From: Candidatus Latescibacterota bacterium
Lineage (GTDB): Bacteria; Latescibacterota; UBA2968; UBA8231
Direction: 5' to 3'
DNA length: 64,000 bases
Assembly (NCBI GenBank): GCA_965203175.1
Contig: OZ241867.1
Coordinates: 5,792,001 to 5,856,000 of the forward strand
Both the position numbers and the translations under genes were made by a program. The notes below the pieces were generated by a model. It was not told where the DNA came from and ran no database searches. It saw only the letters and a program-made list of their open reading frames with translations. Shown here in pieces: positions 1 through 8,194 of this stretch. The stretch's first letter is position 1. Every line of letters begins with the position of its first letter.

Positions 1-2
1 AC

Positions 3-1733
3 CCGAGCTGGGGGCTCAATCGGCGCGAACTGCTGGTCGTCTATGTTATGATGGTGATGGCCTCGCCGATTCCAACCCTCTTCGTCGCCAAGTTCCTCAG
101 TGCCATTAGCTATCCCTTCTACTACGCCACGGCTGAAAACGAGTGGCGGCAACTGATCCATCCCTATATCCCCGACTGGCTGATGGTCCACGACGTGGAA
201 ACCGTCCGCAAATTCTACGAGGGCAGTGGACGGGACGAACCGATTCCTTGGGAAGTATGGCGCAGCGTCATCGGGGTGTGGACGCCCTTTATCTGTGCCC
301 TCTTCCTGATGATGATTTCCTTCATGGCGATCCTGCGCAAACAGTGGATCCAACACGAGCGGCTGATCTACCCGCTGATGCAGGTGCCGCTGGCCATGAC
401 CGAGGAGGGCGAAGACGACCAAAAGCTAAGCCCCTTTTTCAAAAACCCCGTCATGTGGGCCGGCTTTGCCATCCCCGCGCTGTGGGGCACGTTGCACGGG
501 CTATACAATTACTTTCCCGAAACCATCCCCATCGCCCAGAACGTCGATCCAATACGCATGGACGTGCCGGTTTTCCGCCGCACGGCCGACCTGTACGTCG
601 CGCTGCGCTTCAACATCATCGGCTTCTTTTACTTTCTCAAGACCGACATCGCCTTCAGCCTGTGGTTTTTCAACCTGCTTTCTTTTGCGGTGCGCGGCAT
701 TTTTGGCATTCTCGGCGTGGTCAGTAGCGAGACAGGGGGTGCCGGCCACGCAGTACGCGATCCTTTCTTGGCCTACCAATCGATGGGCGCGATTCTCGTG
801 CTCTTTTTGGGCGGCATCTGGACGGCGCGCAAGCATCTGCGAAGCGTGTGGCGCAAGGCCTTCAAAGGCGACGAGAACATTGACGACAGCGACGAGATCC
901 TCTCCTACCGCGCAGCCCTGATTGTGCTGACGGTCTCTTGTCTGGTGATAGTAGGTTGGCTGTGGCTGGCTGGACTACGACCGGTCTTCGGGCTGGCCAT
1001 TCTCTTCTTGGGCGTCGTCATCATCTTTGGCTATTCGCGAGTGGTGGCCGAGGGCGGGCTTTCGGACGGCTCGCCGCCGGTGGTGCCAGCGGGGATTTTA
1101 GTGTCCGCGGTAGGTTCGTCGGTCATCGGAACCCAAGGCCTAGTCGTGCTGGCGACGACCTTCCTGTGGACCACCGGGCGCAATTTCGTCATGGTCTCCT
1201 GCGCCAACAGTCTGCGACTGGGCGAGGAGTTGGGGCGCAACCGCCGACCCCTCTTTTGGATCATCGTCTTGGCGCTAGTCGTGGCCGTGGGTGCGGCCGT
1301 GTGGATGGTGATGCTGCTCAGCCACAAATACGGGGCGATCAACCTGTGGATCTGGAGCGGCGGCAACTACAGCTATGTGGAGAAGGTCCTTCGCACGCCG
1401 ACCGACTTCTACGGCTGGGGCTGGGTCAATATGGGGATTGGCGCGGCGATTATGACCGGATTGATGGTCGCGCGCTGGCTCTACGTCTGGTGGCCGCTGC
1501 ATCCACTGGGCTATGTGATCGGGCCGATCTGGATCATGGACCACTTGTGGTTCAATATGTTCATCGCTTGGGGGATCAAGGTCCTCGTGCTCAAATACGG
1601 AGGCGTGCGGCTCTATCTGAAGACGCGGCCCTTTTTCATGGGAATGATCCTCGGCTATTTCACCCCCGGCGGGTTCTATCTGATCGTCGACCATTTCACC
1701 GGCATGACTTGGAACGTGATATTCTGGGGTTGA
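3..1733 (+). CDS. Polytopic membrane protein, DUF6785/DUF6784-type (OPT-like putative transporter); 5'-truncated by window edge
   Basis: Frame is open from base 3 (PSWGLNRRELLVVYVMM...). Many TM segments; motifs LRKQWIQHERLIYPL, SRVVAEGG, WWPLHPLGY, LKYGG and PFFMGMILG are typical of this family. Confidence 0.75.
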   Translation, partial: PSWGLNRRELLVVYVMMVMASPIPTLFVAKFLSAISYPFYYATAENEWRQLIHPYIPDWLMVHDVETVRKFYEGSGRDEPIPWEVWRSVIGVWTPFICALFLMMISFMAILRKQWIQHERLIYPLMQVPLAMTEEGEDDQKLSPFFKNPVMWAGFAIPALWGTLHGLYNYFPETIPIAQNVDPIRMDVPVFRRTADLYVALRFNIIGFFYFLKTDIAFSLWFFNLLSFAVRGIFGILGVVSSETGGAGHAVRDPFLAYQSMGAILVLFLGGIWTARKHLRSVWRKAFKGDENIDDSDEILSYRAALIVLTVSCLVIVGWLWLAGLRPVFGLAILFLGVVIIFGYSRVVAEGGLSDGSPPVVPAGILVSAVGSSVIGTQGLVVLATTFLWTTGRNFVMVSCANSLRLGEELGRNRRPLFWIIVLALVVAVGAAVWMVMLLSHKYGAINLWIWSGGNYSYVEKVLRTPTDFYGWGWVNMGIGAAIMTGLMVARWLYVWWPLHPLGYVIGPIWIMDHLWFNMFIAWGIKVLVLKYGGVRLYLKTRPFFMGMILGYFTPGGFYLIVDHFTGMTWNVIFWG

Positions 1734-1741
1734 TTAATTAT

Positions 1742-1772
1742 TTGACAGGCACCTGCTATTTTGTGTTATATT
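1742..1772 (+). promoter_or_regulatory. Putative sigma70-type promoter for the secreted-protein cluster
   Basis: TTGACA (1742-1747) and TGnTATATT (1764-1772) in an AT-rich gap; the 19-nt spacer is longer than canonical. Confidence 0.35.
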
Positions 1773-1801
1773 CGCCGTGAGATTTTCTGCTTTTTTAGGA
1801 G

Positions 1802-3862
1802 ATGGCCGGTATGAAATCCAAGCTCTGTTTGGCAGCAGCGTGTATGGCCATAGCCCAAGTCTGCACGGCTGGAGCGCAGGTGTCGCAATTTCGCCTCGGC
1901 GGTGCCGATGGCCTCGACTGGGAAGAGCAGACGCTGGTCAACTTGATGGTCGATAACACCACGATCCTTGGCTCGATCCAACCGCTGGAACTCAAGCCTG
2001 ACGTCAATGTGGTTACCCAGCTACGCCACTGGACGCGCTATCGGCAGCCAATTGACATCGACTACCAAGAGGGGATGCCTCGCGTCTGGCGGGCAATCGG
2101 CGATGTCTCTCGGCCCGGCCACGTCTCCAACCCGATGGAATTTATCGACGGCGATCTCAACACTTTTTACGAAGGGCGCGATTTTCAGGGCAGCGGAGGA
2201 CTAGGGGGTATCTGGGGCGAGTTTTACACGCTCGATATGGGCATGCAGATTCCCGCCGATCACTTCAAATTGGTGCCGCCCGAGGGCAACGACCCCTTCT
2301 TCCAAGAGCCATACCGACCCAACTACAAATTCGAAGCCTACGAACTGACGGCCAGCAACGACAAGGTGGCTGTCGAAAGCCAACTACCCCCGCAATTTCG
2401 CTCAGGTGTCGCCGGCACGCAGGAGACGGACTACTATCTACCGCTGGATAAACTGTTGGCCAAAGTAGATCAGAACTTCGACGCAGTTATCGAGGTCGAC
2501 TTCCCGCTCCAGTATCTGCGCTTTTTCCGCATGCGGGTGCTTCCAGATGCCCCACCAAAGTTCACGCGCTACGCGCTGGCCGAGTTAGAAGTATATGGCC
2601 GCGGTTTCGTCCCCCGGGCACGCTGGCTATCGCAGGTGATCGACATGGGGGATCTGGTCAATGTCGGCGAGGTGAACTTCGGCTTGAGTACCTGGCGGCG
2701 CGATGGAGATCAATTAGTCGAATCTCCCGCCGCCAAGGCCGGAGTCAACATCGAGATCAAGACCGGGCTGGACGACGGCCCCATCGCTTATCACTCGTAC
2801 AACGACTTGGCCCAGCCCGTGGAAGTGGAAAAAGACGTGTACGCCAAGCTCAAACCACGCGTGTGGCCGTGGGATCCCCCGGCCGTGGGTTGGCAGGGTA
2901 TCATCGCCGATGACATAAATAATTGGAGCTTCTGGTCGCCGCCGATCCGGGTCCCGGGACAACGGCCTCGCGTGCCCAAGGGGCGCTATATTCAGCTACA
3001 AATCCAGTTAGAGACCGAAGCCTTGTGGGAGTTCGCCCGCCTCGATTGGGTCACCATCGAAACTTCCCCACTTTTGGCCGACCGGATCTTGGGCGAGGTC
3101 GCTGCGGTTGACCAATTGCGCCCCGACGGCAAAGTGCCACAAGTGCCTGCGGGCGAACCGACCGAGTTCGTCCTCGACTTGCGCGCCGAATTTTCCGACG
3201 CCGGCCAGCAGGGGTTTGACGCAGTGCGGTTGGGCCTACCTTCTACGGGCCAGTTGCTGGGACTGGAGATGGGCGATCCGCTGGCGACGGTAGAGCCGGA
3301 CAGCATCGTCGACGAAGGGGGTGAGTTGGCGATCTACTTGCCGCAGATGATCGGACCGGATACCAGCGACGAGCTTCGGTTGCGGCTAGAAACGACCGTG
3401 TACAGTGCGTCCGACCAGTTGCGCGCCGAGGTCTTTGCACGGCAGGGTGACTCGCTGCCCCAAAGCGTTGAAGGCGGTGATGCTAGCGACGAATTGGGCA
3501 CCGACCAGTTGCGGGTATTAGTCAGTTCCGGTTCTCTCGAATCCTTGCTATCCGACGTAGTGATCACACCCGCGATCTTCACGCCCCAAGGCGACGCCAT
3601 CAACGACCAAGTGGCCATTGAATACACCTTGTTCAGCGTGCTTGATGTGGTCGAAGTGGACGTCGAGTTGCTGACTTTGGCCGGTCAGCGAGTGCGAAGC
3701 CTATCAGGTGGAGTGCAAGGTGCTGGGCATCACGCGTTGCAATGGGACGGCCGCGACGAGGCCAATCAACTCGTAGCGCCAGGTTTGTATCTGGCGCGCA
3801 TTGGGGCCAACACCGACCGCGGCCGAGTGGTGCGCTTCGGGGCGGTGGCAGTAGCCTACTAG
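1802..3862 (+). CDS. Secreted protein with C-terminal FlgD-Ig/T9SS-like sorting domain (paralog 1)
   Basis: Signal peptide (MKSKLCLAAACMAIAQVCTAGAQ; start 1802 or 1811). C-terminus FTPQGDAIND...WDGRDEANQLVAPGLYL...VAVAY. Confidence 0.75.
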   Translation: MAGMKSKLCLAAACMAIAQVCTAGAQVSQFRLGGADGLDWEEQTLVNLMVDNTTILGSIQPLELKPDVNVVTQLRHWTRYRQPIDIDYQEGMPRVWRAIGDVSRPGHVSNPMEFIDGDLNTFYEGRDFQGSGGLGGIWGEFYTLDMGMQIPADHFKLVPPEGNDPFFQEPYRPNYKFEAYELTASNDKVAVESQLPPQFRSGVAGTQETDYYLPLDKLLAKVDQNFDAVIEVDFPLQYLRFFRMRVLPDAPPKFTRYALAELEVYGRGFVPRARWLSQVIDMGDLVNVGEVNFGLSTWRRDGDQLVESPAAKAGVNIEIKTGLDDGPIAYHSYNDLAQPVEVEKDVYAKLKPRVWPWDPPAVGWQGIIADDINNWSFWSPPIRVPGQRPRVPKGRYIQLQIQLETEALWEFARLDWVTIETSPLLADRILGEVAAVDQLRPDGKVPQVPAGEPTEFVLDLRAEFSDAGQQGFDAVRLGLPSTGQLLGLEMGDPLATVEPDSIVDEGGELAIYLPQMIGPDTSDELRLRLETTVYSASDQLRAEVFARQGDSLPQSVEGGDASDELGTDQLRVLVSSGSLESLLSDVVITPAIFTPQGDAINDQVAIEYTLFSVLDVVEVDVELLTLAGQRVRSLSGGVQGAGHHALQWDGRDEANQLVAPGLYLARIGANTDRGRVVRFGAVAVAY

Positions 3863-3863
3863 C

Positions 3864-5825
3864 ATGGAGTTCCAATCAATGGGCTTGCGCACGACAATTT
3901 CTCGCCTTGCGACACTGTGCACAGTCGCTGCGGTCCTCGTCTCACAACCAGCGACTGCGGAAGTCCGCCAGTGGATAGTTGGCGGGGACGAAGGAGCCGC
4001 TTGGCGGGAGCACGAGTTGCTCTCCACCGCGATGAGTTTCGATGTGCCGGGTGCCATCCAACTCGTAGCCTTTACCTCTGAGGACAACGTCATTCCGAGC
4101 CTGACTTGGGTCGATGGGTTTCCCACTGGCTACGTAGAGGAACGCGCCCAAGCGCTGGTCTGGGACAACATAGCGGTTGTGCGGCCTCTCTTGGAGATCG
4201 TCGATGGCATCGACACAACCTCCACCCACCTCGCGTTTAAGCGCTTTGGCATCCCCCAAGACGGCACCAAGTTTTTCTTTGACTTAGGGGCCCGCTTCCC
4301 CGCCAATCGGATTGAGTTTTTTCCGCGCTTGGAGGGCGTTAGTTCGGAAGGGCGGCCGTTCAGCGAAGACTACATCCGCGGCTACGTGCTCAAAGTCAAC
4401 GACGGTGCCAGCTTCAACGAGCGAGACGAGCCGATATACGCTCCCATCAAGCGCGTTGACTTTACCCGCGAGAACACGGCGCAGATCGACTTTCCTCTGC
4501 AATTTGTCCGTTACATTGAACTAGAAGTTACCTCGGCCAGCCCATTTGAATTGGCCGAATTCCAGCTCTTCGGCACGGGATTTGCGCCGGCCGGTTCCTA
4601 TCGGTCAAAGATCATTGACCTCGGAGAGCCAGCCAATTTCAGCCGTGTGGAATGGACGTTGGAAAAGCTGCGCCAGAGCGGCGACGAGCTAGTCGTCGAG
4701 CCAGCCGCCGATGCCAATTTGACGGTAGTAATGCGCACCGGCCTAGACGACAACCCCCGGGTCTATTACGAGTACACCGACCTCTTTACCCGCGAGCGGC
4801 AAGTCGTCACTGAAGACGAGTATAAGTCCCTCGATGAGAGCGTGCGCGGCCCAATTGACGACGACCAAGTCAACTGGAGCCTGTGGTCGGCCCCCTTCAC
4901 CGAGTCCGGCCAGCCCATCCAGCTACCCAGCCCAAGGCGCTATTTCCAGTTTGAGGTGCGGATCGAAAGCGGCGCGATTCTCGACGGCCTGCGGCTCACA
5001 TCGCTGAGCGTCGAACACACGATCCCACCTGTGGCCCAGATCTTGGTGGCCGAGATTTCCCAGTTAGACGTCCCCCGTCCCCCCGGCGATGTGCCCATTG
5101 TGACCGCCGGAGACTTTACGACATTTGCTTACGATGTCGTAGCCCAAATCGAGGAGACAGACACGGGCTTTGACGCCCTGCGCATCCTCACACCCCAATC
5201 AACGCCAGTGTTTCGGCAGTTCTTCACCGGAGAAGACGGGGTTGAGGTCACACCCGACAGCGTGAAAGCGGAGCTGGGCAGCCTGACCATTTTCTTTTCC
5301 TCGCAGCGACCGGAGACCGGCATTTACCGAATGCGCGCCGTGTTCGACACGCAGATTTTCATCCAAGGCACCTCGGTCGAGGCCGAGGTCTTCGACTCGC
5401 AGGCCGAGGACAGCGGCGTACCACAGCGGGTGCAGCCCGGGGACGCCAACCCAGAAGTGCTAACCAATGCTCTGCGGGTGCTGACGACGGCCGCTTCGGC
5501 CAGCCGGTTGGTATCCTCTTTGGCGGTGAGCAGCCCGGTCTTCACCCCCAACGGGGACGGAATCAACGACCAAGTAGAGCTGATCTACAGCCTGTTGCAA
5601 CTGGTAAAGCCGGTTGAAGTCGCAGTTGAAATTTTTGATTTGGCCGGTCGCCCAGTGCATACCATCCTCGAAGCCGAAAGCACCAGCGGTGCCTATGCAG
5701 TGGCTTGGGACGGACGCGACGACCAAGGGCAGGTAGTCCCGCCGGGGCTGTACCTCGCCGTGGTCCAAGTCCACACTGAGAGCGAAACATTCATGCGTTC
5801 CAGCAGCATGGGTGTGGCGTATTGA
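3864..5825 (+). CDS. Secreted protein with C-terminal FlgD-Ig/T9SS-like sorting domain (paralog 2)
   Basis: Signal peptide; discoidin-like core; FTPNGDGIND...WDGRDDQGQVVPPGLYL...GVAY. Colinear with the neighbouring paralogs. Confidence 0.75.
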   Translation: MEFQSMGLRTTISRLATLCTVAAVLVSQPATAEVRQWIVGGDEGAAWREHELLSTAMSFDVPGAIQLVAFTSEDNVIPSLTWVDGFPTGYVEERAQALVWDNIAVVRPLLEIVDGIDTTSTHLAFKRFGIPQDGTKFFFDLGARFPANRIEFFPRLEGVSSEGRPFSEDYIRGYVLKVNDGASFNERDEPIYAPIKRVDFTRENTAQIDFPLQFVRYIELEVTSASPFELAEFQLFGTGFAPAGSYRSKIIDLGEPANFSRVEWTLEKLRQSGDELVVEPAADANLTVVMRTGLDDNPRVYYEYTDLFTRERQVVTEDEYKSLDESVRGPIDDDQVNWSLWSAPFTESGQPIQLPSPRRYFQFEVRIESGAILDGLRLTSLSVEHTIPPVAQILVAEISQLDVPRPPGDVPIVTAGDFTTFAYDVVAQIEETDTGFDALRILTPQSTPVFRQFFTGEDGVEVTPDSVKAELGSLTIFFSSQRPETGIYRMRAVFDTQIFIQGTSVEAEVFDSQAEDSGVPQRVQPGDANPEVLTNALRVLTTAASASRLVSSLAVSSPVFTPNGDGINDQVELIYSLLQLVKPVEVAVEIFDLAGRPVHTILEAESTSGAYAVAWDGRDDQGQVVPPGLYLAVVQVHTESETFMRSSSMGVAY

Positions 5826-5841
5826 GAAAGGAGCGATAGCC

Positions 5842-8154
5842 GTGAAACGACTATGGCTTAGTTTGCTGACGCTGGTTTTGCCAGCGAGTTTTGCCCATTC
5901 TCAAGAGGTTTTTGAAATAAACACTAAGGCGCAGTGGGAGACGTGGATCTACCCGCTTGGGGCTGTTGACCTGCGAGGGGATGGATCAATCCGGCCGGTC
6001 AAGTTCGAGCAGCCCTTTAACGCCGCACCGAGTTCCCCCCTGTTCACGCACGAGATAAAAGCCACTTCGTCATGCGCCAAGCCCTGCATTCAGGCCGGTG
6101 GAGTCTGGAAGGTCGGATCTAATGAGGCCGACGCTTCTCTGATTATCGACGGCGACACCACCACCTATTGGAAACCCAGCCAAGACGACCCGATCGACAC
6201 TTGGTGGCTCGAGATCGACTTGGGCAGGATGGTGGCCGTCAAGGAGGTTCGCCTGCACTTCCCCGACGAGGAAGGAGCGCGCCCGCTGCGGGCACTCCGG
6301 GTCTTTGGCTCCGACGGCAAGTTCCAGAGTATCACTGATAACGTCTTCCTCTTCAACCTCATCGGCGGCACGACCAAGCGCAACGAAGAGACCCTCTTGT
6401 CGTATCCAGTGTCCTTCGGCGAGGCTACCAAAAGGGTGCTGAGCTTTGGCCAGCCCGCCGAGGACGCTGACGCCTCCACGGCCTTCGCGCCCACCCAATA
6501 CATCCGCATCATAGCCGACGTCAAGAGCGAGGACGCGGCCCTTGCAGAAGTCGAGGTCATCTCGTTTGGACAAAACATCTCCCAAGGGACCGTGGGGCGA
6601 GGTGGGATCATCGACGATCAGGGCAAGGAGCGCGCTCCGGCGATAATCGACGGCAATGTCAATACCTTCTGGGAGGAACTCAACTGGAGTGAGACCGGCC
6701 AGTTTATCGCCCAATGGCGCTGGGATCTGGGCGCTGTCTTTTGGATCAACCGCGTCATCTTCGTAGCGTTTCAGGAGACCACCACTTGGGGTCGGCCGCG
6801 CATCTTGCGCCACCGGCTGCTGGGGTCAGCCGGTGAACTCAAGCCCTCCGGCGACATCGACTTCGACATTCTCTTCGACTTCCCCGCGCCAGGCGATTGG
6901 CACAATCCCGAGCCGATTACTTATCTCATGCACCCGTACCGGCCCCTGCGCCATCTCGAAATGATCTTCGGGGGCAGCAGCAGCGGCGCGATAGCCGAAG
7001 CTGTCGTCGTACCCACCGGCTATGTCGCCGAAGTGGAATTGCGTTCGGATTTCCTCAAGGTACACGACCGCCCCAAAGTTTTCCGCACTCTCGAATGGGA
7101 TGCCGACTTACCCCCAGGAACGCAAATTATGGCGCAGACGCGCTCGGGCAGCGGCCTCGACGAGGGCAATACGTACTACCACCGCAAAGGCCACGAAGTA
7201 ACCAAGGACGAATATGACGCCTTGAAGAAACGGTGGAAGGGCGATATCGTGCCCTACATTCGGCCGACCCAGGATTGGAGCGGCTGGAGCAATACCTACC
7301 TGTTCTCCGGCCAAGAGTTTCTCTCGCCCAGCCCAAGGCGCTACGTGCAGTTCAGGGTGCTGCTCAAATCGGACAGCCCAGACGTGGCCCCCACCCTAAA
7401 GGGGCTGCGGCTCAACTACACGGACTCGTTCCTCAACGGGGCGCTCGGCCAAGTCACCCCCAACGAGGCCCAAGTGGGCCAGCCGGAAAACTTTACGTAC
7501 GTATTGCAACCGGACTTCAAATCTGGAGACAAGGGGTTTAACCGCCTGCGGCTAAACACGCCGTCTCAAGCAGCAGCCGAGAGCGTGGTCATTCGCGTCT
7601 CCGGTGCCGAGATCGAGCCGGTCTCCCTAGAGCTGTTGCCCGACTCGCTGGTAGTGGAACTGCCGCAACTCATTCGGCGGCAAGAGGTTGAAATTGACCT
7701 GCAGGTCAACGTATTCGCCAATCCCTATCTCTTTTCTGCCTTTGTCGGCCACACCGACGAAATGGAGTTCTGGCAGCAGGTCGATCCGGCCGGGAGGGCG
7801 GCCACCACGGTATTTCTGCCCGAAGTGCCCGCGTCCGAGAGCTTGCTCGACAAAGTCTCCATTGCGCCCAAAGTCCTCACGCCCAACGGCGACGGGATCG
7901 GCGACCAAGCCGAGATTCGCTTCGCGGTATTGAAGGCAGACGCCCCGGTAGCGGTCGATATCTATGCGCTCGACGGGCGGCAGGTCGGCTCGTTGGTGGG
8001 CGGCCGCAGTAGCGACGGCTTTCTCGTCTATACGTGGAATGGCGCAGATGACGAGGGCCGGCGCGTGCCCCCGGGGATTTACGTGTGCCGAATCGAGGTG
8101 GACGCGCAGGCCGATGTCCAGAATCTGACGCAGGTCATCAACGTAGCGTACTAA
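5842..8154 (+). CDS. Secreted protein with discoidin (F5/8)-like domains and C-terminal FlgD-Ig domain (paralog 3)
   Basis: GTG start at 5842 after AAGGAG; signal peptide; IIDGDTTTYW...WLEIDLG discoidin motif; LTPNGDGIGD...WNGADDEGRRVPPGIY...NVAY. Confidence 0.75.
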   Translation: MKRLWLSLLTLVLPASFAHSQEVFEINTKAQWETWIYPLGAVDLRGDGSIRPVKFEQPFNAAPSSPLFTHEIKATSSCAKPCIQAGGVWKVGSNEADASLIIDGDTTTYWKPSQDDPIDTWWLEIDLGRMVAVKEVRLHFPDEEGARPLRALRVFGSDGKFQSITDNVFLFNLIGGTTKRNEETLLSYPVSFGEATKRVLSFGQPAEDADASTAFAPTQYIRIIADVKSEDAALAEVEVISFGQNISQGTVGRGGIIDDQGKERAPAIIDGNVNTFWEELNWSETGQFIAQWRWDLGAVFWINRVIFVAFQETTTWGRPRILRHRLLGSAGELKPSGDIDFDILFDFPAPGDWHNPEPITYLMHPYRPLRHLEMIFGGSSSGAIAEAVVVPTGYVAEVELRSDFLKVHDRPKVFRTLEWDADLPPGTQIMAQTRSGSGLDEGNTYYHRKGHEVTKDEYDALKKRWKGDIVPYIRPTQDWSGWSNTYLFSGQEFLSPSPRRYVQFRVLLKSDSPDVAPTLKGLRLNYTDSFLNGALGQVTPNEAQVGQPENFTYVLQPDFKSGDKGFNRLRLNTPSQAAAESVVIRVSGAEIEPVSLELLPDSLVVELPQLIRRQEVEIDLQVNVFANPYLFSAFVGHTDEMEFWQQVDPAGRAATTVFLPEVPASESLLDKVSIAPKVLTPNGDGIGDQAEIRFAVLKADAPVAVDIYALDGRQVGSLVGGRSSDGFLVYTWNGADDEGRRVPPGIYVCRIEVDAQADVQNLTQVINVAY

Positions 8155-8194
8155 TTAGCCCATTCGGCAAAGCCTCTTGAGGGAGGGGTATCTC

